Source: Candidatus Methanomethylicia archaeon
Lineage (GTDB): Archaea; Thermoproteota; Methanomethylicia; CALHIW01
Direction of reading: 5' to 3'
Length of the DNA stretch: 64,000 nucleotides
Assembly (NCBI GenBank): GCA_038845975.1
Contig: JAWBQF010000001.1
Span: 1-64,000 of the forward strand
The notes beneath the pieces were generated by a model. The model saw nothing but the letters and a program-made list of their open reading frames with translations. It had not been told where the DNA came from and ran no database searches. The translations under genes were made by a program, and so were the position numbers. This document shows positions 10,334-20,135 of the stretch, in pieces. Within the stretch, counting starts at the first letter, position 1, and the number at the start of each line of letters is the position of its first letter.

Positions 10334-11524
10334 CTACTTTTTTCTTTTCAGTTTTTTAACTTCCTCTCTTTTAGGGGGTTTAGTATATGTTTCCCTTATC
10401 TGTTTTATTCTTTCTTCAAGTTCGGCTTTAAGCTGTTCTCCTATAAATTCTCCCCCAAAGTAATCGATTCTTGCAGCTATAGCTAATTTACTAGCTAGTG
10501 CTCTAGCAATTTTCCCTCTTTGCCATCTTGGTGCACTTCTCAACTCTGGATGTCCAAATATAACTCCATGTTTTGGCGGCTTAGTTTTACTTCTTAGAAA
10601 TCTAAATAATGCTTTTTCCGCGCCTAAAACTTGTACTCTACTTGCAGGTGACTCTGCGAGTTTTTCAAGTCCACCTGCAATCGATATTAATCTAGCTGTT
10701 ATAGCTCCACCTACAAGACACTTCATATTGGGTGCTATTTCACCAACTGTTTTATCAATATAATTGCTTAAATCATTTCTATATGCTATAAGATCTAGAG
10801 TTTTCTCAGCAAGTTTTCCTACAGCTTCTAAATCTATATCAGTAATTTCGGCTCCGATTGATTTCTTAGCGCTTGATACTATAAGCTCAACAAGTTTTGT
10901 AGGTACTCCAATTTTAACTAAATCATCTCTATTAATATTTACTCTTGAAAGCTTTCTAGAAACTATATTTAAATATACTTCATGATCTTCAACAATATCG
11001 CTAAGCTCAGGAAAATGTATTGAATACCATTCTCTTATCCTATTTATGTTTAAATTTATTATTTTATTAATATCATCTAGGGCCTTAACAGCATTTGCAA
11101 TCATAAGATCTCTTTTTGCAGCAGTTTCTCGAAGCTGAATTTTAACAAGTTCTATTTGAATACATCTTATAAGGTTATAGTATTCCTCAATATTTCTAAC
11201 TAGTCCTATTTTAATTGCTTCGTTTATGATTGTCTTCTTAAGTCTTCTAAAAATGGTATTTTTAGGATTTACTTCTACTTCAATGCCTGTACTAGCTAGT
11301 GCTCTTTTAAAACTTTCATTTTCAATATAGATACGTCTAATCCCAATTGAAACTAAATTACTACAAAATTGCTTCAAATCATCTGGAATTTTTTCCTCAG
11401 TTAATAGTTTCATTTGTTGTACAAGCTTAGATATGTCTCTATCAATTAAAGTAGAGATAACTTCACCATTAATGTTTGCGGCAACATATCCTAAATCATG
11501 TATCAGTAAATAAGCCTCCATCAT
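10334..11524 (-). CDS. nop5: C/D box sRNP subunit Nop5 (Nop56/58)
   Basis: RIREWYSIHFPEL, APN, PASRVQVLGAEKALF, PKHGVIF, RGKIARALA, basic tail. Confidence 0.97.
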   Translation of the reverse strand: MMEAYLLIHDLGYVAANINGEVISTLIDRDISKLVQQMKLLTEEKIPDDLKQFCSNLVSIGIRRIYIENESFKRALASTGIEVEVNPKNTIFRRLKKTIINEAIKIGLVRNIEEYYNLIRCIQIELVKIQLRETAAKRDLMIANAVKALDDINKIINLNINRIREWYSIHFPELSDIVEDHEVYLNIVSRKLSRVNINRDDLVKIGVPTKLVELIVSSAKKSIGAEITDIDLEAVGKLAEKTLDLIAYRNDLSNYIDKTVGEIAPNMKCLVGGAITARLISIAGGLEKLAESPASRVQVLGAEKALFRFLRSKTKPPKHGVIFGHPELRSAPRWQRGKIARALASKLAIAARIDYFGGEFIGEQLKAELEERIKQIRETYTKPPKREEVKKLKRKK

Positions 11525-11613
11525 CTACCACTATAAGATTCTATAAGTAAAGCTTTTAAATTTATCTAATATAAATCCCTAAAAAATAGGTATTTTAAGG
11601 TAGGTTTTCCAGC

Positions 11614-11949
11614 TATAATTGTTTGTGATTAAGTATGCTATCTTAATGGTAGTGCTTATAATTATTTTAAACTACATAATTTCATATTCGTATGCACTCA
11701 TTACAGGTGAGAATATCGAAAATGCTAAAGAGAATTCCTTTTCACAGATTTTTGCATTAACACTACTTTATGTAAATAATTCTATGTTAAGGTTTATTGT
11801 AACCTCATGCAAAATCTTATGGTTCCCAATTTTAAATATTGGAGTATTGTTATATTTTCTAGGGTTAAAACAATTAGGATGCAAAACAGCTATTTTATCT
11901 CTTTCATTAGCTATACTAAATGCTACTTCAGGATAGCTAAACAATTATA
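11614..11949. repeat. 336-bp segment bounded by an 11-bp inverted repeat (possible MITE); contains a 105-aa hydrophobic ORF
   Basis: tataattgttt (11614-11624) / aaacaattata (11939-11949); ORF 11619-11936 fills the interval. Confidence 0.35.
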
Positions 11950-12263
11950 TTGAGAACTTTGTAAACTCAATCATATCTTTAAAACGAACTATGGATCAAG
12001 ACTTAATAATGCTTAATTTCTACATGATAGCATATCTAAGAGTTTTGTAATGAATTTAATTACTGGTTACCCTTTTAATGTTGGGGTCTTTCTAATGGTT
12101 GCTGCTATTCTCCCTACAACTTCTCTAAAGAATAATTTAACTGATTCAATTATCTTTTTAAATCTAGACATGATGATTCATCCACCTTATGGTGTTTGTC
12201 TAGCTTATGAGTCTACATCCTAAATTCTCACTCTATATAGTTATTTTGAATCGTATTTTTACA

Positions 12264-12479
12264 TCACTCTTTTAAGTCTATCATAATGTTTATTGTCCAA
12301 TAGTCCTGATCATATCCTAGACTTAAGCTTTCAGTAATAACCTCTAAGCCTTTATAGACTGATTTAGGTTTATCTCTTAAAGCTTCATTAAACTTCTTAA
12401 CATTAAATCGTACATGATTTCCATTTAAAGTCTTCACAGTATTCACATTATCTCTGTAATATATAGCTAATTTTCTCAC
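12264..12479 (-). pseudogene. Unassigned ORF fragment, probably a decayed inserted gene
   Basis: 71-aa ORF with protein-like composition in the gap between nop5 and rps30e; no recognisable motif. Confidence 0.25.
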
Positions 12480-12633
12480 TTTATAGTATTTAATTTCATT
12501 AACACTAACATCTTCACAATAGCATTAGTAAAGTCCATAAAATACTGAAAGCAAAGTTGCAAACTTCATGAATTACTAAGGGCATCAAATCAACTTAGTA
12601 AGATTTATATAACTGTAATAATATATACATTAT

Positions 12634-12789
12634 ATGCCATCTCATGGTAGTCTTACTAAAGCTGGAAAGGTTAGAAGTCAAACACCTAAAATTCCAGCTA
12701 AACCTCACAGAAATCCTATACCTAGACATAGGAATAGAAGAAACTATTTTAAGAGAGTACAGTATTCCATGTTAAATGATAAAAAATAA
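12634..12789 (+). CDS. rps30e: 30S ribosomal protein S30e (not in ORF track)
   Basis: Hand translation [51 protein letters not shown]; TATA tttatata just upstream (leaderless). Confidence 0.97.
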   Translation: MPSHGSLTKAGKVRSQTPKIPAKPHRNPIPRHRNRRNYFKRVQYSMLNDKK

Positions 12790-12816
12790 TTGTTTTTAAG
12801 ATAATTTATAGCTTAT

Positions 12817-12942
12817 TTAAGGTGCTTTTGCTCTAAACACATGGCCTTTAGAACACTTATAGAGCCCAACTTTTACTTTCTTTAACATCCATGTCTTTGA
12901 TGGTTTAGCTACTTCTTCACCACATTTTGGACATTTAGCCAT
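12817..12942 (-). CDS. Small Cren7-like / Zn-ribbon chromatin protein, 41 aa (not in ORF track)
   Basis: Hand translation MAKCPKCGEEVAKPSKTWMLKKVKVGLYKCSKGHVFRAKAP; gaggtga SD and tttatata TATA upstream; P.K.W.L / VK.GL.K / FR.K match Cren7. Confidence 0.8.
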   Translation of the reverse strand: MAKCPKCGEEVAKPSKTWMLKKVKVGLYKCSKGHVFRAKAP

Positions 12943-13162
12943 AATATCACCTCAGAGCTGCCCAATATACTACTTCTAAAAACTGCTATATAAATCTTTC
13001 CCAAGATACTATATAGTATTCAGTCTGTTTTAATGTCAAAATATTGAAAAATTACACGTAAATAATTATTTTACATGCTTTTAGATTTAAAATATATAAG
13101 CTTTCCAATAAGTAATCTTTTAAACAAAGTTTAAATCTTTCCATACATAACGTAATCTTAAG

Positions 13163-14503
13163 GTGGATACTATGTCTGAATATTTTGGAGAAGCATTAGA
13201 GTTGATAAGACGTTTCAATGTTCATGTTGGGGATTTGGTAGATATAACTCTTGATACAGGTATTGTTCTAAGAGGTTTCCTAATGCCTAGAAGTAGATTG
13301 CTTGATGATAAACATGTTGTTATCAAACTTGAGAACGGATATAATGTTGGATTATCTATTAGTAAAATTAAGGAAATTAAGCTGGTTAAACATGGCTTAA
13401 CCACTCATCACATACCCTCTACTTCGGTCGAGCAACTACAGGATCTTCCACTGATTTCAATAAAGGGTTGTGGCGGAACAATTGCAAGTAAAATTGATTA
13501 CATTACAGGCGCTGTCTATCCCTCATTTGATGTTAACGATATTCTAAATCTAGTACCAGAAATTAGAAACATAGCTAGAATTAGAAGTGAGGAAATTCTT
13601 AATATTTTCAGCGAGGACATGACATCTAAATACTGGAAAACAATAGCTGAAAGAATTTTCTATGATTTAAGCGAAGGAATTGACGGAGTTATTATTGCTC
13701 ACGGTACAGATACTATGGGTTATACAGCTGCCGCCTTAAGCTTTGCAATTCAGAATTTACCTGTTCCCGTAGTACTTGTTGGCTCTCAAAGATCTTCTGA
13801 TAGGCCCTCAACAGATGCATCTCTAAATCTTCTAGGTGCAATTATTTTCGCAGCCCAATCATCAGTTTCAGGCGTATTTGTTGCTATGCATAAGTCGACA
13901 TCTGATGATGTGATAGCTATACATAAAGGCACAAGGGTTCGTAAATGTCATACAAGTAGGAGAGATGCATTTAAATCAATTAATGAAAATATTATTGCTG
14001 AGGTTAAAGGGTTTAGCATCACAATGTTATCATATAATGAACTACCTAGAAGAGATAAAAATAGAAGTCCATTTTTGAAAGCGGATTTTGATGATAAAGT
14101 AGCACTAATAAAAACTTATCCTGACTTCCCATACGAAATTATAGATTATATTGTTGATAAAGGCTATCATGGCTTAGTTATAGAGGGAACAGGTCTTGGA
14201 CATACTCCTACGTATGCTTTTAAATCAATAAGTAGAGCTTGTGAGGTTATGCCGGTTGTAATGGTTTCACAGTGTTTATGGGGTAGAATAAACATGAATG
14301 TCTACAGAACTGGAAGAGAACTTCTAGCTATGGGTGTTATTCCAGGTGAAGATATGATTCCTGAAACTGCATATGTCAAGTTGAAATGGGTTCTTGGTCA
14401 GACTCAGGATATTAGAGATGTTAAAAAGCTTATGTTAACAAATATTTGTGGTGAAATTAGCTATAGACATTCAGAAAAACTTTTTACTAGTGTAATTTCA
14501 TAG
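13163..14503 (+). CDS. gatD: Glutamyl-tRNA(Gln) amidotransferase subunit D
   Basis: KLENGYNVG, GGTIASKIDY.TGAV, HGTDTMGY, GSQRSSDRPSTD, RKCHTSRRDAF. Confidence 0.97.
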   Translation: MDTMSEYFGEALELIRRFNVHVGDLVDITLDTGIVLRGFLMPRSRLLDDKHVVIKLENGYNVGLSISKIKEIKLVKHGLTTHHIPSTSVEQLQDLPLISIKGCGGTIASKIDYITGAVYPSFDVNDILNLVPEIRNIARIRSEEILNIFSEDMTSKYWKTIAERIFYDLSEGIDGVIIAHGTDTMGYTAAALSFAIQNLPVPVVLVGSQRSSDRPSTDASLNLLGAIIFAAQSSVSGVFVAMHKSTSDDVIAIHKGTRVRKCHTSRRDAFKSINENIIAEVKGFSITMLSYNELPRRDKNRSPFLKADFDDKVALIKTYPDFPYEIIDYIVDKGYHGLVIEGTGLGHTPTYAFKSISRACEVMPVVMVSQCLWGRINMNVYRTGRELLAMGVIPGEDMIPETAYVKLKWVLGQTQDIRDVKKLMLTNICGEISYRHSEKLFTSVIS

Positions 14504-14526
14504 TATGGTAGAGCTATGGTGCTATT

Positions 14527-16443
14527 ATGGAAAAAGCTTCGAACATTGATTATAAATCAATTGGGTTAAAAGTCGGATTAGAAATTCATCAACAAATCGA
14601 TACCAAGCGAAAGCTGTTTTGCCATTGCCCAACAGTTATTCAAACAAGGTCTCCCGATTATGTTTTTAGAAGGATACTTAAACCAACTCAAAGCGAACTT
14701 GGAGAAATAGATAAAGCAGCAGCTTTTGAAGCTGAAAAAAATAAAGTATTTGCTTACTATTCATTCTACGACTCCAACTGTATGGTTGAGCATGATGAGG
14801 AGCCTCCTCATCCAATAAATGAGGAAGCAGTAGATATAGCTTTAATTGTAAGTCTTATTTTGAACGCATTCTATGTTGATGAAATACATGTAATGAGGAA
14901 GATAGTTATAGATGGCTCAAATACATGTGGTTTTCAGCGTACAGCGATTATTGCTTTAGGAGGCTACATATCTGATGCTGAAAATAATATTCCAATACAA
15001 ACAATAGTATTGGAAGAGGACGCTGCAAGGAAGATTGAAGAGACTCCTGAAGAGATAAGATATAATCTTGATAGACTTGGTATTCCACTTATTGAAATAG
15101 CAACAGCTCCAGTAATTTCAACTCCTCAACAAGCTCAAAGAGTAGCTTTTAAAATCGGCCAACTGTTAAGAATGACTGGAAGAGTTAAAAGAGGAATTGG
15201 AACAATAAGACAGGATTTAAACATATCCATTACTGGTGGTGCAAAAACGGAGATTAAGGGAGTTCAGGAACTTGAAATGATATCTAAATGTATTGAGTAT
15301 GAAGTTCAAAGACAGTTAACTCTATTAAAGATTAAGGATGAGCTTTTGAGGAGAGGTGTTGAAGATAAGTTAATCTTTAATCCTATAGATGTAACAAGCA
15401 TTTTCATAAATACTGAATGTAAAGTAATAAGAAACATAATTTCCAGTAATGGTAAAGTTTATGCTCTTAAGCTTCCATGTTTTAGAGGAATACTTAAAAT
15501 TGAGATTCAACCTAAACGTAAATTTGGTGCGGAGCTTTCTGATAGAGCTAGAGTTTTAGCTGGTGTAAATGGTATTTTTCATACTGATGAAATGCCTGCT
15601 TATGGAATTACAGAAGATGAAATTAGAAAGCTACTAGAGACTGTATCAGCATCTCAAGATGATGCTGTAGTTTTTGTTGCATCTCAGGAGCATCAAGCTC
15701 TTAAGGCTCTTAAGGCTGTTTATGAAAGATGCATTGAAGCATTAAAAGGTATACCTGAAGAAACAAGAGCAGCTAATAATGATGGAACAACATATTATAC
15801 TAGACCTAGACCTGGAGCAGCAAGACTTTATCCTGAAACAGATATACCGCCACTAATTATAACAGAGGATAGAATTAAGCAGTTAAAAACACTATTACCT
15901 GAAATGCCTGATAAGAAATTTGAGCGTTTCACCAAAGTGTTAGGACTAAGTAGTAAGCTTGCTCAGGAAGTTTTAAATTCATATTATCTACCTGTCTTTG
16001 AAAAAATAGTTTCAAAGTATAATGTAAATCCAACTATTGTAGCAACAACATTAACCTCAACACTAACAAGCTTAAGAAGGGAGGGTGTAAATATTGATTT
16101 AATATCCGATGAGCATCTTGAAGAAATATTTAAGCTTCTTCAAGATGGTATTATAGTTAAGGAGTCAATACCGGACATCATAAGATACTTATCAGCAGAC
16201 ATTAATAAAAACGTTACAGATATAGTTCATGAGAAAAATCTATCTGTTATGCCCCGTGAAAAAATAGAGGAAGCGGTTAAGGAGATAGTATTAAAAAACA
16301 TTAATATTGTAACTGAGCGTAAGGATAAAGCTATAGATTTGCTTATGGGTCAAGCCATGAAGATCCTAAGAGGTAAGGCTGATAGTAGCGTTATTAGAAA
16401 TTTTATAGTTAAAATTGTTAGTGAGGTGGCTGGTGGAGAATAG
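14527..16443 (+). CDS. gatE: Glutamyl-tRNA(Gln) amidotransferase subunit E
   Basis: GLKVGLEIHQQ, MRKIVIDGSNT.GFQRT, LEEDAAR, GTIRQDLN, RPRPGAARLYPETD. Confidence 0.97.
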   Translation: MEKASNIDYKSIGLKVGLEIHQQIDTKRKLFCHCPTVIQTRSPDYVFRRILKPTQSELGEIDKAAAFEAEKNKVFAYYSFYDSNCMVEHDEEPPHPINEEAVDIALIVSLILNAFYVDEIHVMRKIVIDGSNTCGFQRTAIIALGGYISDAENNIPIQTIVLEEDAARKIEETPEEIRYNLDRLGIPLIEIATAPVISTPQQAQRVAFKIGQLLRMTGRVKRGIGTIRQDLNISITGGAKTEIKGVQELEMISKCIEYEVQRQLTLLKIKDELLRRGVEDKLIFNPIDVTSIFINTECKVIRNIISSNGKVYALKLPCFRGILKIEIQPKRKFGAELSDRARVLAGVNGIFHTDEMPAYGITEDEIRKLLETVSASQDDAVVFVASQEHQALKALKAVYERCIEALKGIPEETRAANNDGTTYYTRPRPGAARLYPETDIPPLIITEDRIKQLKTLLPEMPDKKFERFTKVLGLSSKLAQEVLNSYYLPVFEKIVSKYNVNPTIVATTLTSTLTSLRREGVNIDLISDEHLEEIFKLLQDGIIVKESIPDIIRYLSADINKNVTDIVHEKNLSVMPREKIEEAVKEIVLKNINIVTERKDKAIDLLMGQAMKILRGKADSSVIRNFIVKIVSEVAGGE

Positions 16444-18264
16444 ATGTGTGGGATTTTTGGATGTATAGTTAATGGAGTGAAAGCTGCACCGCTAATTCAT
16501 TCAGCTTTAAAAAGGCTTGAATATAGAGGATATGACTCTGCGGGTATAGCTACTATTTATAACGGCTTATTATTTTTAAAGAAGGATTCTGGAAGAATAG
16601 ATGAAATTCATAAGAAGCTCGATTTAAATAATCTTCCAGGAATGATCGGCATTGGTCATACAAGATGGGCTACACATGGAGCTCCAAGTATGGAAAACGC
16701 TCATCCACATACTGATTGTACAGGAAAGATAGCTATAGTACATAATGGAATAATTGAAAACTATATTGAAATTAAAAAATTACTTGAATCTAAAGGTCAT
16801 ATCTTTAAGTCGAGGACTGATAGTGAAGTTTTCGCTCATCTTATAGAGGATAATATTAAAAATAATATGTCATTTGAGGATTCTGTAAAGCAGGCTGTAA
16901 AGCTAATCAGTGGAAGCTACGCTATAGCCGCTATACATGCTGATGAAGATAAAATACTATGTGTAAAAAACGAATCTCCCTTAGTTATAGGAGTAAATGA
17001 TAATGGTGTTTTCTGTGCATCAGATATTCCAGCTCTTTTACCATATACTAACAGGGTGATAGAGTTATTTGATGGTGAAATGGCTGTTTTAAGCTTAAGG
17101 GACATTAAAATAATTCGGATAGAAAATGGATCAATAGTTCAGCGGCATGAAACAATTATTGACTGGACAATGGATATGGCTGAGAAAGGCGGTTTTCCTC
17201 ATTTTATGCTTAAAGAAATATATGAACAGCCAAGAGCAATAAGAAATACCTTAAGAATTGATAAGCGCCTCATAAATATTGCCTCAATGCTTATTGAGAA
17301 TTCAGATAAATTATTTCTTGTAGCATGCGGGACATCTTATCATGCATGTCTAGCTGCATCCTATATATTCTCTGAATTATCATTAATTAATGTAATACCA
17401 TGTATAGCCTCAGAATTCTTAAAAAACTATGCACAACTAGTAGATGAAAACACAGTAGTAATAGCAGTATCTCAATCTGGTGAGACAAGAGATACTCTTA
17501 CTGCAGTTAGGAATGCAAAAATGAGAGGTGCACAGATAATTGGTGTGACAAATGTTATAGGGTCTGAGTTAACAAGAATATCAGATATATATTTAAACAT
17601 ACAGGCAGGTCCTGAGATAGGAGTAGCGGCAACAAAAACCTATATATCTCAGTTAACACTTCTAAGTCTACTAGCAATAAATTTCTCTCATAGTTACGGC
17701 TTAGTAAGTGAGAACACATATAGACATTTATTATCGGAACTGTATGAAACATCAGTAATAATAGAAAAGTATCTGAGACATATAGATAATGAAGCTAGAA
17801 GAATAGCTCAAGCAATAGCTCCAAGAGAAAACATATTTTATCTAAGTAGGGGAATTAACGTTGCATCAGCTCTTGAAGGAGCGTTAAAGCTTAAAGAAAT
17901 AAGCTATATACATGCTGAAGGATATCCAGCTGGAGAGAGTAAACATGGTCCAATAGCCCTTGTGGAAGAGGGTTTTCCATGCATCTTTATAACTCCTGCT
18001 GGTGAAACATCGATGAAAATGCTTGGCAATATTATGGAAATGAAAGCTAGAGGAGCTAAGATAATTTCAATAACTCAAGATAATGCACATGAGGTTAAAG
18101 AAGTTTCAGATATTACTATAAGTATAGAGTCTAATCTTTCTGAAATATTGACGCCAATAATATTTTCTCCACCATTACAATTAATAGCATATCATACAGC
18201 TATATTGAGACTTAAAGACCCAGATAAACCGAGAAATTTAGCTAAGTCAGTAACAGTTCCATGA
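16444..18264 (+). CDS. glmS: Glutamine--fructose-6-phosphate aminotransferase
   Basis: MCGIFG, LEYRGYDSAG, GHTRWATHG, SQSGET, EGALKLKE, PRNLAKSVTV. Confidence 0.97.
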   Translation: MCGIFGCIVNGVKAAPLIHSALKRLEYRGYDSAGIATIYNGLLFLKKDSGRIDEIHKKLDLNNLPGMIGIGHTRWATHGAPSMENAHPHTDCTGKIAIVHNGIIENYIEIKKLLESKGHIFKSRTDSEVFAHLIEDNIKNNMSFEDSVKQAVKLISGSYAIAAIHADEDKILCVKNESPLVIGVNDNGVFCASDIPALLPYTNRVIELFDGEMAVLSLRDIKIIRIENGSIVQRHETIIDWTMDMAEKGGFPHFMLKEIYEQPRAIRNTLRIDKRLINIASMLIENSDKLFLVACGTSYHACLAASYIFSELSLINVIPCIASEFLKNYAQLVDENTVVIAVSQSGETRDTLTAVRNAKMRGAQIIGVTNVIGSELTRISDIYLNIQAGPEIGVAATKTYISQLTLLSLLAINFSHSYGLVSENTYRHLLSELYETSVIIEKYLRHIDNEARRIAQAIAPRENIFYLSRGINVASALEGALKLKEISYIHAEGYPAGESKHGPIALVEEGFPCIFITPAGETSMKMLGNIMEMKARGAKIISITQDNAHEVKEVSDITISIESNLSEILTPIIFSPPLQLIAYHTAILRLKDPDKPRNLAKSVTVP

Positions 18265-18312
18265 ATTGATTTTAGCACTCCATTTATATGTAATTCAAGC
18301 AGCATGTTATAT

Positions 18313-18600
18313 TTAATGATGTATTCTCTTCATTTTTACCTTTCTTCTCTCTCTTAATAATAGGTTTTCATCTCTTACTAGTACTCTAAAGTCATCTATT
18401 ACTTTCTCAATATATAAGAAGCGTTTGGTCAATGTTTTAACGTATTCCTTATCTATATCTTCACCCTTCAAAATAATGTTTTCCCCATCATTAACTACTT
18501 CCCCCTTCATCCTATTTCTAATATACTCAATAAGCTTACTTATCTTTTCCTTATTATATCTACTTAACTCTTTAGCATCTATCCTCAACTCTCTAGACAT
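18313..18600 (-). CDS. Putative ribosomal protein L22e (eL22) homolog
   Basis: ELRID..EL, L..YI..R.K, K.YVK.LTKRFL......D.FRV pattern parallels eL22 SKRYLKYLTKKYLKK...RDWLRV; TATA position favours start 18600. Confidence 0.6.
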   Translation of the reverse strand: MSRELRIDAKELSRYNKEKISKLIEYIRNRMKGEVVNDGENIILKGEDIDKEYVKTLTKRFLYIEKVIDDFRVLVRDENLLLRERRKVKMKRIHH

Positions 18601-18647
18601 AAAGGCTATCATGTTCTCTTGTTAATAAATCTTACTAGAAACTAAAG

Positions 18648-19377
18648 GGCTTTGTTAACTTAAGCATGTTTTATCATCTCTATTTTGGTATTGTATCTTC
18701 TATGAATTCTTTAGCTTTTATTTTCTTGTTAATCCATGTTTGTTTAGTATGTATATTATTGATTATAAGCATTAATACATGTTCACCATCACATCTATCC
18801 TTCATGCATGGTATATAATTATCGAATAGCTTAGTTCTATCCTTAACATACTGTATTATTCTCTCCATTAGATTCTTAACCTCTAAACTATACAATGTTT
18901 TAATTTTAATATTCTACTGCTTTATAATAATGAGCTCCATCACTTAATAAACTATATTTGAACCATAAATAGCTCTAATCTTTTAAGGAATGTTAGTGAT
19001 GTAAGCATGTTGCAACATCACAAACCCATATGTAGAGAATTCTCCTCAATAATGGCTCAAACGCAACGTAAACAATCTTCCTCTTAGAACCTACACTAAT
19101 AATAGTATCATCAACCATAATCCTAACATCCCTCCTATCAAATTCAAATAGGAAGCTTAAAGATCTAAACCACGATAGTATGGATACATAACTCCTAACA
19201 ATAATGAAGCTTAGAATATCCGAAGCCATTCTAGATGAACATGAACGAAAATATATATAAGCACCATAACAACTAGAGTAAATGGAGTTCTCTCCCTAAC
19301 AAACTTAACAATTTTAGACATACTAACACCATAAATAAGGGAGAGAACTCCCAAATAAATCTAAAGTTAACAAAGCC
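18648..19377 (-). mobile_element. IS6-family element, 730 bp, disrupted transposase
   Basis: Perfect 14-bp TIR ggctttgttaactt/aagttaacaaagcc; 8-bp TSD aactaaag (18640-18647, 19378-19385); fragments VDDTIISVG..VYVAFEP, SDGAHYY, KNLMERIIQYVKDRTKLFDNYIPC. Confidence 0.92.
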
Positions 19378-19385
19378 AACTAAAG

Positions 19386-19983
19386 TATCCTGTTAACTTT
19401 GGATGTTTATTTGGTGTATTTTGCTCCGTATTGTATGATTTGTGATGGATTCTTTAGGAGGTTAAAACACTATTATATTTATACTTCAATTAACTTATTT
19501 TTCTAAATATAGTTTAAGGAGTGTGAATAGATTATTAGCTATTAAGCTATGAATATGTATATGAACTCATAGATTTAGTGATTTACCATTAATTATTCAT
19601 ATTGGTATAGGAGATATGTTAATAAATACACTATTAAGATCATTATATGAATACATTCAAAAGAAAAATTACATTCATTCATTATTTTCACACATCAACC
19701 ACAATACATACATAAACTTTAAAGAAATATAATGTTAAGCCACTACTACTAATAAGATATTACATACAGAATAGATTAATCTATCAAGCTAATAAACACA
19801 AAACTTCTAAAATAGCGATAAACACGTAGAAACCCCATAGAAAAATAATCAATACATACCATACAAATAAAAACACTACAACTAAATAAGAACACACCAA
19901 TAAACAACCAAATACCACGTAGAAAACAAAAATTAAAATCCTAAAGAAATAATAAGAATATAACATCCAAAGTTGTCAGAACA
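19386..19983. mobile_element. ~600-bp non-autonomous element with imperfect 22-bp TIRs
   Basis: tatcctgttaactttggatgtt versus reverse complement of right end tgttctgacaactttggatgtt (18/22); first ~100 bp align with the reverse of 57700-57806. Confidence 0.7.
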
Positions 19984-20135
19984 AGTTAGAAGACTTAATG
20001 AACTTAAATATAGAAAGCATAATATAGTCATGGCTTAAGTTTACGAGCAAATTAATCTTAATATGATAACATACTATGTCTTAGTTTCTAAATCAATCTA
20101 GCGAGCTAATATTATGTATTTTTAGCCCCAACCTT

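Noticed and set aside
16441-16446. gatE TAG directly followed in frame by glmS ATG (possible amber read-through fusion)
   Set aside because: GlmS needs a free N-terminal Cys, has its own SD-like ggtggag, and both proteins are complete; ordinary tight coupling
19784-19966. 60-aa very hydrophobic ORF (possible toxin or membrane peptide)
   Set aside because: Explained by the T/G-rich strand of the MITE arm; no SD
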